A model generated the notes under the pieces. It did not search any database and had not been told where the DNA came from. It was given only the letters and a program-made list of their open reading frames with translations. DNA of 64,000 nt from a virus, in the IMG/VR virus record IMGVR_UViG_3300025929_000014, positions 41,787 to 105,786 of that record; one strand, written 5' to 3'. Both the position numbers and the translations under genes were made by a program. The first letter of the stretch is position 1. Each line of letters opens with the position of its first letter. This document shows, piece after piece, positions 28,328 through 38,800 of the stretch.

Positions 28328-28705
28328 CTAGTTAAAGGTGTCGATGGTTGCGGTGGTCACCGTGTTGGTGGTGACGCTGTTCGTGGCATCCAGATTGGTT
28401 TGCAGGCCGTGATACTTGCCGGGCGGGAGTTTGATGGTGAATGTCTTTGTCGTACTTGCGGTACTGGGAATGATGTAGGTAGCCAGGGCGATGCTATCAA
28501 CGGTTGAACCGCCCCCTACCGTCGCAAAGATATCGATCTGCAGACCGGATGTGGCAGCGATTGAGACGAAGGTGATCGCTATTTGGATCTGCCCCTCGAT
28601 CTTGTTCGAGAAGTCCACATCGAAGGGGCGCGTCGCTGAAGCGAGAATGGTGGCCGACGCCAGGATATTCCCGACGGTGTTGAAGGTCATCTGCGGGGAG
28701 GCCAC
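28328..28705 (-). CDS. Virion structural protein
   Basis: GTG start just after upstream stop; Thr-rich beta composition. Confidence 0.65.
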   Translation of the reverse strand: MASPQMTFNTVGNILASATILASATRPFDVDFSNKIEGQIQIAITFVSIAATSGLQIDIFATVGGGSTVDSIALATYIIPSTASTTKTFTIKLPPGKYHGLQTNLDATNSVTTNTVTTATIDTFN

Positions 28706-28706
28706 G

Positions 28707-29039
28707 CTAGACCCCCGCGAAGATGTTGACGGCCAGGTTGACGCCGGTGGCGATGTCGGTGTCGGTACAGTTGCGGCTATCTGGCCCTGGGTTTGGCACA
28801 TTGCCCAGATACGTGGTGACCAGGGTCGGCACGTTCGCCGCACAGAAGGCGGCGATCTGGGAGGTATATTGCGAGGGGATCAGCACCCATTTGTTGACCA
28901 CCGTGAGGCGCTGGGCATGATTGCTGACGGCGCCTTCGGCATCGACGGCCTGCGCCGTAATATACATCTGGGTGAGCACACGGTTCTGGAACGCCACGTC
29001 CATGCCCAGGCTCCAGGCGGATTGCAGTGTCGAAGCCAT
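28707..29039 (-). CDS. Hypothetical virion-associated protein
   Basis: TAATG coupling; FQNRV..HAQR..TDTDI pattern. Confidence 0.65.
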   Translation of the reverse strand: MASTLQSAWSLGMDVAFQNRVLTQMYITAQAVDAEGAVSNHAQRLTVVNKWVLIPSQYTSQIAAFCAANVPTLVTTYLGNVPNPGPDSRNCTDTDIATGVNLAVNIFAGV

Positions 29040-30121
29040 TAAAAGATCGCCGTGTAGGTGGCTTGCAGATTGGTACTGCTGTTCAGCGTCAGGGGTGCGT
29101 TGACCACATGGGCGTAGGCATTATTGGCGGCCGTCCAGGAGCCAGTGGAGGAGACGTTGATCACCCAGAGATCGGTGTAGCTGCCGGCCGTAAAGCCGCC
29201 AGCCGTCGTGAAGGTGAACTGCAGCTGTGCCTTGCGGTTGCCGACGCCTGCGCCGGCCGTGTAGGTAGCCACCAGGGCGGTGCTGATCTGGGCGCCGGTG
29301 GGGGCGGTCGTGGGACCATCTTTGCTCGACGGGCCAGCGACCACGAAATCTCCTGACGCGTGGGCGTTGAGCGTGGTGTAGTTGGTCTGGCTGGTCGAGG
29401 AGCCGGAGAGGAAGATCTGCGCCGCCAGGGAGGTAGTGGTGGAGCCGTTGGCGACTTCGGCGTTGGCCGTGCCAAACCCCAGGATGATGCCGGTGCCAAA
29501 GGTATTGTCGGAGCCTGGATATTTGCCGCCCGTCAGGGTGGGCACGCCGGTGGCGGCATTGCCGGTGTTCTGCAGGGTGCCATCGACGGTAGCGGCCGCC
29601 TTGAAGGTGGAGCTGGCGATGCCGGTTACCAGTGCGGCCGCGCCGCCCGAAACGACGGGGTAGCCGGTGACGGCGCCAAAGACTGAGCTGACGGTCACCG
29701 TGCCGTTGGTGGCGGCCGTTGCCGTAGCCGGCGTGATCGAGAGGTACTGGCCCAGCCAGGTGCCGCCTGCGTTCAGGTGAGCTGCGGCCGACGCGTCGCC
29801 GGTCGAGCCGAAGAACTCGGCCAGGACGCGGTTGAGGAAGGCGTCGGTCTCCACGTTGTGGGTGATGACGCGTTTGATGACGCGCCCGGTGCGCGCGTCC
29901 ACTTCGTCGAGGCGCGCGAGCCCTGCCATGCGCCCGGAACCATGTTGGAGCAGCAGGCGTCCCAGTTCATGCTCGTAGGCATCGCCTGCGCCACCGGCAT
30001 GCTGATTGCTCAGTTGGTTGTGCCAGTAGCCGGGAATATGCACCAGGGTGCGTGGTCCGCCATCGGGTGCCAGGCCGGGCAGATAGAGGTTGTCGTGTTT
30101 ACTCTGGTGCTGGAGTAGCAT
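29039..30121 (-). CDS. Minor tail/structural protein
   Basis: AGGAG SD before ATG 30121; HNVET..FL N-terminal and LQATYT C-terminal motifs typical of phage minor tail proteins. Confidence 0.7.
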   Translation of the reverse strand: MLLQHQSKHDNLYLPGLAPDGGPRTLVHIPGYWHNQLSNQHAGGAGDAYEHELGRLLLQHGSGRMAGLARLDEVDARTGRVIKRVITHNVETDAFLNRVLAEFFGSTGDASAAAHLNAGGTWLGQYLSITPATATAATNGTVTVSSVFGAVTGYPVVSGGAAALVTGIASSTFKAAATVDGTLQNTGNAATGVPTLTGGKYPGSDNTFGTGIILGFGTANAEVANGSTTTSLAAQIFLSGSSTSQTNYTTLNAHASGDFVVAGPSSKDGPTTAPTGAQISTALVATYTAGAGVGNRKAQLQFTFTTAGGFTAGSYTDLWVINVSSTGSWTAANNAYAHVVNAPLTLNSSTNLQATYTAIF

Positions 30122-30287
30122 CAATGATCTCCTGGGGCTGATCGCCGGCTGGAAGGGCAGGCGGGGGAACGGGGCGGGATAGGACGACAAGCGATGGATC
30201 GTTCATGGTCCAGCCCTGCTCGATAATCTGGTGCAGGGTCGGGATAGTGAGATCGCGGGCTGGAAGAACCATGTACTGGAGTTGCAT
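30099..30287 (-). CDS. Small hypothetical protein
   Basis: Fills gap after fibre gene. Confidence 0.45.
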   Translation of the reverse strand: MQLQYMVLPARDLTIPTLHQIIEQGWTMNDPSLVVLSRPVPPPALPAGDQPQEIIDATPAPE

Positions 30288-30309
30288 TGGATGGATTCCC
30301 TCTTGGTGA

Positions 30310-31635
30310 TTAGCCGGTCACTGTATAGTCAAAATTGATGGTTCCTGCAGGTACAGTGGTCCCCCAGTAGCCCCACAACTCAAACTGAGTGGTGCTTTTG
30401 TTGACGACAAAGAGCGTTCCCGGAACACCGCTAATGGCTACGCTCCACATAACCTGCACAAACGGGGCGGCACCATATGGAACAGCAAAGGTTACGCGGC
30501 AAACCTGGAGAAAGCCTGGAATTAAGCCCGATCCTGTGACAATCGAGATGGTTCCGCGCATATCATTCCCGACAGAGCCGGATGCAGAGGCACCACTGCC
30601 CATTCCAGAAAGGGCCAAGAATGTGGGGGCTGCACCGGTTGCCAACAAATGCCCGCTGGCTATCGTGAAGTTGCCGGCGACAGAAGAGCTGGCGCCTGCA
30701 GTAACACCTCCGGTAGCATTCACATTGCCGGAAGCACTGATGGTAACTACACTCAGCACTCCCGCTCCGCCGAGCGACAGCTTACTGACACCACCAACCT
30801 GCATGTCTATCAGGTTGCCGCCGAAGCCGGCTGCGGTGTTGCCCGCCAGCAGTGTCCCCGATCCCGATCCCACGAAATGGTTGCCGGAGGAGCCGTCGAA
30901 GGGGCCGGATCCCAGATTGACCACGCCGAAGGCGGCATTGGCGGCGGGCGCCACAGCCACATGCAGTGAGCTGACGGGGCTGGACGTACCGACGCCGACG
31001 CTGCCCGCGTTCTTCAGCAGCTTATTGGCCATGGCGATGTCGCCGCCCATGGTCGCGCCGCCATTCAAGGTCGCCAGACCGGTGAGCGTGGAGGCGCCGT
31101 TGTTGGTGAGGCCGTTGAGCGTGGTTGCGCCGGTGACGGCCAGCGTGGACGGAAAGGCGACAGCGCCGGCATTGCTGCCGGTGAGGTTCATGAAGCCGGA
31201 GCTTGCGGGGAGGGGATTGGTATTGGATACGTCGGTGTAGGAGCTGACGGCCGTGTTGCCGGCGTTGGTGGTGGCGTAGTAGAGCGGTATATTGGCGGTG
31301 ACGGGCGGCGTCGGTGTGCCGCCATGGTTGACCGAGACTACCTGGTAGAGCCCGGTGTTGAGCAGATAGACGTACTGATCCTGGCTGGTGCCGGGACCGG
31401 CATTGAGGGGAACGGTCGTGGCTACGACGTTCAGGTAGAGCGGCGCGGCCGCGCCGGAATTGATCACCGCCTGGCAGGCCGGCTGTGTGACGGTCAGGCC
31501 GGACGCCGATGAGGCAATACCACCGGAGAGGCGATAGGTGATTGCCTGGACAAACGTATTGAGATCGGCGGCGTTGAGATTGGAGCCAGGGGTGCCGCCG
31601 ACTTGATCGGTAAAGACGGGGAAGGTGGTCGTCAT
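30310..31635 (-). CDS. Tail fibre / receptor-binding protein
   Basis: Gly/Thr/Ala rich; LNAADLN, VGVGTSSPVSSLHV fibre motifs; follows baseplate genes. Confidence 0.75.
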   Translation of the reverse strand: MTTTFPVFTDQVGGTPGSNLNAADLNTFVQAITYRLSGGIASSASGLTVTQPACQAVINSGAAAPLYLNVVATTVPLNAGPGTSQDQYVYLLNTGLYQVVSVNHGGTPTPPVTANIPLYYATTNAGNTAVSSYTDVSNTNPLPASSGFMNLTGSNAGAVAFPSTLAVTGATTLNGLTNNGASTLTGLATLNGGATMGGDIAMANKLLKNAGSVGVGTSSPVSSLHVAVAPAANAAFGVVNLGSGPFDGSSGNHFVGSGSGTLLAGNTAAGFGGNLIDMQVGGVSKLSLGGAGVLSVVTISASGNVNATGGVTAGASSSVAGNFTIASGHLLATGAAPTFLALSGMGSGASASGSVGNDMRGTISIVTGSGLIPGFLQVCRVTFAVPYGAAPFVQVMWSVAISGVPGTLFVVNKSTTQFELWGYWGTTVPAGTINFDYTVTG

Positions 31636-31648
31636 CTAGCTCACTTAT

Positions 31649-33505
31649 TTAGAGGAAGGTGATGTTGATCGTCGCGGGGTTGTTGTTCGGGTTGATGACG
31701 GAGTTGACCGGTGTCTGCGTGCCCAAGATAAACGCCTTGATGATCACCTGGGCCTGTGCTGGGGTCAGTCCGGGCAGGCCGGTATAGGGGTACGGGGGGA
31801 TGGTGACGTTAAACTGCTGGCTGTTGGTCTGGGCGACAATCACGCCGCCCGAACTGGCAACAGCGGGCGTCACGCCGGCTACCGGTGGGGTAATGGGGCT
31901 GGCGGCGCCGTTGACCAGGAGGGCGATGTCGCCGGCAATATGCGGCAGGGTGCCGGAGGCGTTGCGGCTATTGATCACGCCCGCGAGGCGTGCCTGATAG
32001 GTCTGGATCTGTTCGCCGGAATACTGCGGGAGTCCGAAATCGGCGCCGTAGCCGGCCGCGTATTGATCCACCGCGCTACTTATAGTGTAACTGGCGGCGA
32101 AATCGCTCGTCAGCGTATCGGTCACCGCCCGGTGCGTCGCCAGGGCGCCCAGAATGCCGTTGAGATTCGGCCCCATCACCCAGTCTTTGCCCAGCGCGAT
32201 CTTACCGATGAAGTTGGGATCCCGTTCAGGCACCCAGTAGAAGAGCCAGAGATCCCGGAACCAGGGCTGGGTGGTGGTAATGGCGGGGAAGGTGATCGTC
32301 CACTGGCAGTAGCGGCTGCGCGGGGCGTTGACCAGGCCCACATCGCCGGAGTTCACGGCCGCCACCTGGAGCGCCATATCCTGCGGCGTGAATGTGGTTA
32401 CAGCGTAGGTGGTGTCCTGCGTCAGGGTTGGGACGCCCGGTGAATGGCTGGAATGGACGCCGCTGTAGTGGATAGTCTGGCTGGTGGCCAGCTGGAACTG
32501 GGCCATCGGCTGGTTATCGATCCATTCCGCCAGAAACCACTGCGTATCGGGCTCGCCGCTATCGACGACGGCAGAGGTATAGGCGCCGGCCGCCACGCCG
32601 GTGCCGGACTGCAGGGTGACGCTCTGCACGCCGACCATGGTGGAGTCGGTGATGAGGAAGGCGGTATCGCCGTTCGTGAGCGTGCCGGTGACCTTAAAGC
32701 TGATACCTGGAATGTGCGGTGCTGCCGCGCCGCCTGTAGCGCCGGATCCCGATCCGGTATAGAGCGTCCCCGTCGTGAGGCCGGTATCAACGGTCGTCTC
32801 ACTACCACCTGGGAGCGTTCGCAGCAGATTGAACGTGCCGGCGCCGGTTGCCAGGATGCGCCATTTGGCCGCCAGGAAGGTGGGGTTGGCGAGGATGGTG
32901 ATGTTCGGCGACCAGCCGGTGCCCACGCTGGTGCCCACCGTGTTGGTGACGCTGGAGACGGGGGAGATGGCGACGTTATACTGGCCGGAATGCACGATTT
33001 TGATGACGTGGCTCAGGCCGTCCAGGAAGAGCTGCCCCTGCGGCGTGGCCTGGTAGCAATCCAGCATCAACTGCAGGACGCCATCGACGAAGACCTGCGC
33101 CAGGGCGCCGTTGTGTAGCTCGTTGGCGACCACTACACCGGCGCCACCCGTCTGACCCGACGTAAAGCCCATGCCCGCACCGGTGATGCCGGTGAGCAGA
33201 ATGGTCACCAACTGCGCCGTCGTGGTGAACTGGATCGTATCGCCTGCCTGGATGGTGTAGGCAACGGGGATCAGGTCGGCCCATTTGAGCGTGGTATAGC
33301 CGAGTCCACTCGATTTTGTGGCGCCGCCGGAGCCGCCGAAAAGCTGATCGCCGGTGTAGACGGTGGTCGAGGTGACCGTAAAGCCCGGCGTGATCGAGGG
33401 ATGCTGATACTGCGAGATGTTGACGGTGGTATCGAGGTGGCAGTTGGCGTAGACGGCACCGGGCGTGTTGTAGTCATTGGCGAACCGCCAGCGCTGCACA
33501 TTCAT
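31649..33505 (-). CDS. Baseplate wedge-associated protein (gpI-like C-terminal domain)
   Basis: YGADFGLPQYSGEQIQTYQARL..SGTL; follows baseplate J. Confidence 0.65.
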   Translation of the reverse strand: MNVQRWRFANDYNTPGAVYANCHLDTTVNISQYQHPSITPGFTVTSTTVYTGDQLFGGSGGATKSSGLGYTTLKWADLIPVAYTIQAGDTIQFTTTAQLVTILLTGITGAGMGFTSGQTGGAGVVVANELHNGALAQVFVDGVLQLMLDCYQATPQGQLFLDGLSHVIKIVHSGQYNVAISPVSSVTNTVGTSVGTGWSPNITILANPTFLAAKWRILATGAGTFNLLRTLPGGSETTVDTGLTTGTLYTGSGSGATGGAAAPHIPGISFKVTGTLTNGDTAFLITDSTMVGVQSVTLQSGTGVAAGAYTSAVVDSGEPDTQWFLAEWIDNQPMAQFQLATSQTIHYSGVHSSHSPGVPTLTQDTTYAVTTFTPQDMALQVAAVNSGDVGLVNAPRSRYCQWTITFPAITTTQPWFRDLWLFYWVPERDPNFIGKIALGKDWVMGPNLNGILGALATHRAVTDTLTSDFAASYTISSAVDQYAAGYGADFGLPQYSGEQIQTYQARLAGVINSRNASGTLPHIAGDIALLVNGAASPITPPVAGVTPAVASSGGVIVAQTNSQQFNVTIPPYPYTGLPGLTPAQAQVIIKAFILGTQTPVNSVINPNNNPATINITFL

Positions 33506-34683
33506 TATGGTGTCACCGTGACGACGCTGGTCGGGTTGCCATTCAAGCGGTAGATGGTGGTCTGGGCGACGGCGGAGCTGGCGGGGGTCGTCGAGGTCAG
33601 CGTGAAGTTCGAGAGTGAGAAGCCCAGCGCCTGCTGCACGGCCTGCCCCATCAAAAAGACGGTGGTGCCTGCGTTGTGTTTCAGGGCCTGCACGTAGCCG
33701 GCGACGGCTGCCTGGATCTGCGGATCGATGGTGGCGGGCTGCAGCGCGGACGGTCCCGCCCAGGTGACGGTGACGTTGGTCAGGTTGATGGCGTTGAAGA
33801 TCTGCCCGGCGCTGCCGGCGTTGCCGATGCGCGGGGTGATGCCGGGCGGCAGGACGGCCCGCACCGCCGCGTCCACCGTTGCCGCCAGCCCGGTGAGTGT
33901 GGCGCCGGAGAGATAGTTGGTGCTGTCGCCAGATAGTATCGAACCGCCAGAGACGCCCCCATTGGCGCCGGCTGAGTCACACCAGTAATAGTAGATGAAG
34001 CCAGATCCCGACTGGGGGTCGAAAACGTACGCATCATAGACGCCGGGTACGGCCAGAATGGCGGCCGTGATCGCCGCTGTGGTGTACTTGCTGCTAAAGG
34101 CGGCGACCGCCTTGTTGCGCAGCGATTGATCCGTATCGGCGTCGATGCCGCCTGTGGTAATGGCTGCATTGGTGACGGTGTAGGACGCGGTGCTCGATGG
34201 GTTGCTGATGACGGAGATGGCCCCTATCGCCACGTTGCCGGCGCTGCCGGGTAGGTTGGCGACAATGGCGACCGAGTTGGAGGAGGTAGCGCCGATATTG
34301 ATGGTCGCTGCCGCTTGCGTCGTATAGAGCTGTGCGATGGTTGTGACGCCATCACCGACTGTCTGCACCACCGTACCGCTGGGCACGGTAATGGTCGCCG
34401 TAGCGGCCACCTGGACGCTGAATACGACGTTGCCGGTGGCTGCCGAGCCCAGGTTGCGCGCGATGCCATAATTGGCTACCACTGCGTCCAGGTTGGCACC
34501 GGTTGCTTGCAGCACGAAGAGGCTGGGCGTAGCCTGCTGAATCAGATACTGCGTATCGGCATCGGCGGAGAGAAACGCCTGCGCCAGGTTGAAGAGCACC
34601 GACTGGCCTCCGACGGAAGCGGCCGGCAAGTTGGCCGTGATGCGCTGCTGGAACAGCGCGACATTATCTGCAAATGCGGGCAT
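33505..34683 (-). CDS. Baseplate J-like protein
   Basis: ATGANLD..YGIAR..ATGNVVF, IPSGT, GSAGNV, TGGIDADTDQSLR, VPGV. Confidence 0.9.
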   Translation of the reverse strand: MPAFADNVALFQQRITANLPAASVGGQSVLFNLAQAFLSADADTQYLIQQATPSLFVLQATGANLDAVVANYGIARNLGSAATGNVVFSVQVAATATITVPSGTVVQTVGDGVTTIAQLYTTQAAATINIGATSSNSVAIVANLPGSAGNVAIGAISVISNPSSTASYTVTNAAITTGGIDADTDQSLRNKAVAAFSSKYTTAAITAAILAVPGVYDAYVFDPQSGSGFIYYYWCDSAGANGGVSGGSILSGDSTNYLSGATLTGLAATVDAAVRAVLPPGITPRIGNAGSAGQIFNAINLTNVTVTWAGPSALQPATIDPQIQAAVAGYVQALKHNAGTTVFLMGQAVQQALGFSLSNFTLTSTTPASSAVAQTTIYRLNGNPTSVVTVTP

Positions 34684-34684
34684 C

Positions 34685-35176
34685 TTAGCCGCCTAACGTA
34701 ACGGAGAAGGGCGCGACGAGTTGTGCGGTAGTGCCGGCGCGCGAGATAACGGTAAATTGCACGAGTACCTGTCCGATGGTCAGCACGCTGCCATCGCCGA
34801 TGGTGACCTGCAGGTCGGTGAAGGCTTGCACCTGCTCATCCAGGGCCAGCAGGCCCTGCGCCGCCATCTGCTGTTGGCGCACCAGGAAATAGTTCTGGGC
34901 CTGCGTGACCATGGAGACGAAGATGGATCCCACGTCGCCCGATGGGCGCCCCAATTCGGCGAAGAGCGGGTTGCCGTAGGTGGGATCGAGCGGGTTATCG
35001 CCCTGGGGGGTGAGCAGCCAGCGAACGATATCCTGGATCAGCCGGTTAATGCCGGTGACCAGCTGCAGGTCGCCGGAAGGGCCAAAGGGCGCATCGACGA
35101 CCAGTTGGTTATCGGCGTTGAGGGAGAAGGAGAGCTTGAGGTCGGCGGTTGGGGTCGTGAGCGAGGGGAGCGTCAT
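34685..35176 (-). CDS. Baseplate wedge gp25/W-like protein
   Basis: GDLQLVTG..LIQDI..LLTPQG..PTYG. Confidence 0.8.
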   Translation of the reverse strand: MTLPSLTTPTADLKLSFSLNADNQLVVDAPFGPSGDLQLVTGINRLIQDIVRWLLTPQGDNPLDPTYGNPLFAELGRPSGDVGSIFVSMVTQAQNYFLVRQQQMAAQGLLALDEQVQAFTDLQVTIGDGSVLTIGQVLVQFTVISRAGTTAQLVAPFSVTLGG

Positions 35177-36459
35177 TAGTTCACCACCCAATAATCAAAC
35201 ACCAGAACGGTGCCGTTGACGGGATTCATATTTGCGGACGACACGATAAAACTGCCCGTATTTTTGGTCGTCACAAAGAGACCGCCGACCGTACTGGAAG
35301 CATTACTGTTTGGCTGCAAGAAGACTCGATATGTAGTGTTGCCCTGCGATGTATTAAAATTGAGTGTGACCAGAGTGCCCGTACCAGAAGGTGCGGTGCC
35401 ATAGGTCAACGAGATAGTGCCGGCGATATCGGATCCGGTCACCGACGAGGCGATGGCACCGCCCGATCCTAAAGCGGCCCCGCGCGTGAGGGTGGGGAGA
35501 GAGGCTTGCGTGCTGGCAATGATTTTCGTCTGCACCGTCAGGCCCCCCGCCAGGACGCCGGCTCCATTGGTGTCGATGCTCCACACGGTGTCGGGTGTGC
35601 TGTTGCTGTGACTGATGGAGGCTACACTCAACATGGTGTGGCTGTTCATCTGCAGATTGGCGCCCAGTGAGGCGCCTGCCGTCAGCGTGGCGAGTCCGGT
35701 GACGCCGATGGTGCCGGCGAGGAGGGCATTCCCGGAGCTGTCGATACTCCAGTTACCGGATCCTGCGGTCGCGCCGTCGGAGATAAAGCCCACGTTCTTG
35801 AGGTTATGAGTCTGGGCATCAAGATCGGCACCCAGGGTTGCTCCACCGGTGAGCGTGGAGAGGCCGGTGACCGTGAGCGTGCCCGTATTCGTGGTATTAC
35901 CGTTGAAGGCGATGGTCGAGCTGGAGAGCGTGATCGGGCCGGCGCCTAAGCCAGTACAGGTGAGCAGGATAGGCAGTTTATGCGCGGTCAGCACGATACC
36001 CGTAGAACCGCTCGTGCCCGCAAGGGTCATGCTGGCATTGGGCGCGCCCAGGCCGCTACCGTTTGACGAGAGGGTCCACCCAGGCACTGCCGGATCGTAG
36101 TACAGCTGGGGGAGGCCCACATGGGAAAAGTCCTGGAGCAGGACGGAGACGCCGGTATTGAGCAGTTGAGCGGCAATGCGCCCATCATGGTGATAGATAC
36201 CGCTCTCGCCGGTATTCAGCGTGGGCAGGAGATTTGGCGTATCGGTGGTGGAGATCGTCTGCTGCGGAAAGGGATTCATGGCGCTCTCGTAGAGCGTGAG
36301 CACCTGATCGCCAATCTGCGGGACGGAATGGAAGCCGGAACTGACGCCACCCAGGAACACCCTGGGCACAGGCGGGCCGCCCACGCCCGACTCCGTATAG
36401 GTAAGCGCGAGCTGGCCTGTGGTGTGAGCCTGGACGGTGCCTTTACGCGCGAGACTCAT
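35176..36459 (-). CDS. Baseplate spike (gpV-like) with fibre-like C-terminal extension
   Basis: VPQIGDQVL, LNTGESGIYH OB-fold signature; between hub and gp25. Confidence 0.75.
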   Translation of the reverse strand: MSLARKGTVQAHTTGQLALTYTESGVGGPPVPRVFLGGVSSGFHSVPQIGDQVLTLYESAMNPFPQQTISTTDTPNLLPTLNTGESGIYHHDGRIAAQLLNTGVSVLLQDFSHVGLPQLYYDPAVPGWTLSSNGSGLGAPNASMTLAGTSGSTGIVLTAHKLPILLTCTGLGAGPITLSSSTIAFNGNTTNTGTLTVTGLSTLTGGATLGADLDAQTHNLKNVGFISDGATAGSGNWSIDSSGNALLAGTIGVTGLATLTAGASLGANLQMNSHTMLSVASISHSNSTPDTVWSIDTNGAGVLAGGLTVQTKIIASTQASLPTLTRGAALGSGGAIASSVTGSDIAGTISLTYGTAPSGTGTLVTLNFNTSQGNTTYRVFLQPNSNASSTVGGLFVTTKNTGSFIVSSANMNPVNGTVLVFDYWVVN

Positions 36460-38606
36460 CAGTGTGTTCCTATCGAGCCGTTGGGGAGATAGAGTGCGGG
36501 ATCTTGATCGTTACCGAAGCCGGGCGGTGATTCGATCTCGAAATGTAGGTGCGGGCCGGAACTGTTGCCGGTGGAATCGGACTGCGCGATCAGCTGTCCC
36601 TGCTTCACGCTGTCGCCAGCCGCGCAATTAAAGCTGGAGAGGTGGCCATAGAGGGTCATGGTGTTGCCGGTCACGATCCGCACGCAGTTGCCGAAACCAG
36701 TGGTATCCCACTGCGCGAAGATCACCACGCCGCCCGTTGCCGCATAGACCGGTGTACCGGTGGGGATGCCGATGTCGATGCCGGTGTGGAAGTGGGGATA
36801 GCCATGCACGGCAGGCTCTCCGGCATAGGAAGTGGGACCATAGGCTTGTGTAATGGAGTACGGAGGCTGAACGGGAAACTGCATGCCGCCAGCACTGGAA
36901 CTGGCGGGCTGTTGCGGTGGATTGGCCATGTTCGCGCCGGTACTGACCGGCGTCACATTGGTATTGGTGACGGAGGTGGAGCCAGCCGGATCGGTATTGC
37001 CGGAATCGTAGCCAATGGGCGCGCTCTGATACTTCACCACCAGGATGTTGGTGACCGGCGCGTTGGTCGGATTGCTCTGAATGGTGATGGTGGTGGGGCT
37101 GCCCCGTCCGGCATCGACGACCACGTATTCACCGGTGGGCGAAGGACCAATGGGCGCGCTGGTAACGGGATCGCGCAGCTGCACGACGGCGCCTGCGGTG
37201 ATATTGAGATCGGTGCAATCGAGGGAGATAGTGTTAGCGCTGGTCGCCTGCAGGCTGCCGTACAGGTAGGGCGCCGCTTGCAGTACCGGGTTCGTGGCAA
37301 TGGTGTACGGGCCAGGCTGACTGCTGGCGAGGGGTGCCAGCAGCTGGGTGCTCGTCGGTGAGGTGGGCGAGCCGGAGAGGAACTGTTTCTGGATGTTCTG
37401 CGTGATCACCGGGTAGGTGAGCGAGCCGATATAGGGGAAGCTCTGGTCCGCTGCCCGGCCATAGGCCAGGCCCAGCGTCATTACCCAGGACTGGCCCCAC
37501 TCCAGGTTATAGGTGGTGTTGGTCATGTAGTAGCGGCCGGTCGCGAGCGGCGCTTTGAGGCCGGGCGTATTCAGCGTCGCGCCGGCATTGGGAATCGGCA
37601 CATCCACCAGCTTCCCGATGCGAAAGAGCGGATCGGCCGGTATGGTCACCGAGCCCACCAGGATATTGCTGGCATAGACGTTCAGCATCTGCTGCGCCAA
37701 TGTTTGGGCCGCTTGCTTCGCCCGAATCCAGGGCGCGTAGAGGACGAGGCGCCTGGTCTTGAGATGCTGCGCCATGGAGGCCGGCGCTGCTACGTAGGGT
37801 GCCAGCTGGGTGATGGGCACCAGACCATAGCGTACCTCCACTTCGGTCACCACGCCCTGATCGGTCTCTGCCAGGTCGAGCTGTAGGATCTCTTCCTCTT
37901 GCACCGTGCGCGGAAAGAGGTCGGGCATGAAGTAGCCGGGCGTATCGGCGAGATAGCCCATGCGCCGCCAGTAGCAGAAACCTTCCTCGTCGAAGAACAT
38001 CTCCAGCCCGGAGTCGCCGACCAGGGCCTGAATGATCGATGACCAGGTTTGCTGGTCTGGATTGGTAAAGATGCCGGCACTGATCTGGCCCCAGAGAAAG
38101 GCGCCGGAATTGGCCTGCGGATCGATGACGATGTTCTTGATTGGGTAGCCGACTGCCTGCGCAGAGAGCGTGAGAATGGCCGAGCCAGTGATGCCGGTAG
38201 CGCTGTAGAGGGAGAGCCTGACCGTATCACCGGGATTCTGGCGCACCACCTCCCAGAGCTTATAGGGACTGGAGGCGGCAATCTGCACGATATCGCCCTG
38301 ATCGGCGCTAAAGAGCTGGTGGTAGGCATCGACATAGCCTGTCCAGGCCACGCCCCACTCGCCGTGCCGGTTGCGCAGCCGCAGCTGCACCACATCCATC
38401 GCTTGCGGACGGGTCGATTGCCCGTTCGAGCCGGTGAGGTTGCTGATCACGCCATGCGGATCGGCGAAGGTCGCCGTCAGTTGTCCCACGCTGGTGGTGG
38501 AATTGGAGGCCGTGCAGGAGAGCATGGTATTCAGGACATAGGCGCTGCCGTCCTGCTTGATACAGTAGAACTGGTAGTCGGGTTGGAACTCTAGCAGCGA
38601 CGGCAT
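36459..38606 (-). CDS. Baseplate hub protein fused to M23 peptidase
   Basis: EMFFDEEG, DPLFRIG; C-terminal HTGIDIG, YGHL, GPHLHFE. Confidence 0.85.
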   Translation of the reverse strand: MPSLLEFQPDYQFYCIKQDGSAYVLNTMLSCTASNSTTSVGQLTATFADPHGVISNLTGSNGQSTRPQAMDVVQLRLRNRHGEWGVAWTGYVDAYHQLFSADQGDIVQIAASSPYKLWEVVRQNPGDTVRLSLYSATGITGSAILTLSAQAVGYPIKNIVIDPQANSGAFLWGQISAGIFTNPDQQTWSSIIQALVGDSGLEMFFDEEGFCYWRRMGYLADTPGYFMPDLFPRTVQEEEILQLDLAETDQGVVTEVEVRYGLVPITQLAPYVAAPASMAQHLKTRRLVLYAPWIRAKQAAQTLAQQMLNVYASNILVGSVTIPADPLFRIGKLVDVPIPNAGATLNTPGLKAPLATGRYYMTNTTYNLEWGQSWVMTLGLAYGRAADQSFPYIGSLTYPVITQNIQKQFLSGSPTSPTSTQLLAPLASSQPGPYTIATNPVLQAAPYLYGSLQATSANTISLDCTDLNITAGAVVQLRDPVTSAPIGPSPTGEYVVVDAGRGSPTTITIQSNPTNAPVTNILVVKYQSAPIGYDSGNTDPAGSTSVTNTNVTPVSTGANMANPPQQPASSSAGGMQFPVQPPYSITQAYGPTSYAGEPAVHGYPHFHTGIDIGIPTGTPVYAATGGVVIFAQWDTTGFGNCVRIVTGNTMTLYGHLSSFNCAAGDSVKQGQLIAQSDSTGNSSGPHLHFEIESPPGFGNDQDPALYLPNGSIGTH

Positions 38607-38800
38607 TAGTTCGTGGCGTAGGGAATGATGATCACCGTACCGACGGCCAGGTTGCGCCAATCCAGAATCGTGTTGTTGGTGATCTGGATGGCGCGCACGA
38701 AGGTCGGCACGTCGGTATAGCCGGCCGACTGCATATAGCGGCCGGCGATATGCCAGATGGTGTCAAAGGCTTGCCAGGTATAGGCGCGTAAGGAGGCCAT
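38606..38800 (-). CDS. LysM/tail-X-like protein
   Basis: DTIWHIAGRY..IQITN..LAVGTVIIIP. Confidence 0.8.
   Translation of the reverse strand: MASLRAYTWQAFDTIWHIAGRYMQSAGYTDVPTFVRAIQITNNTILDWRNLAVGTVIIIPYATN

Noticed and set aside
25252-36459. Diversity-generating retroelement or invertible fibre cassette
   Set aside because: No reverse transcriptase or invertase, and no near-identical template/variable repeat pair; the shared modules are diverged at protein level
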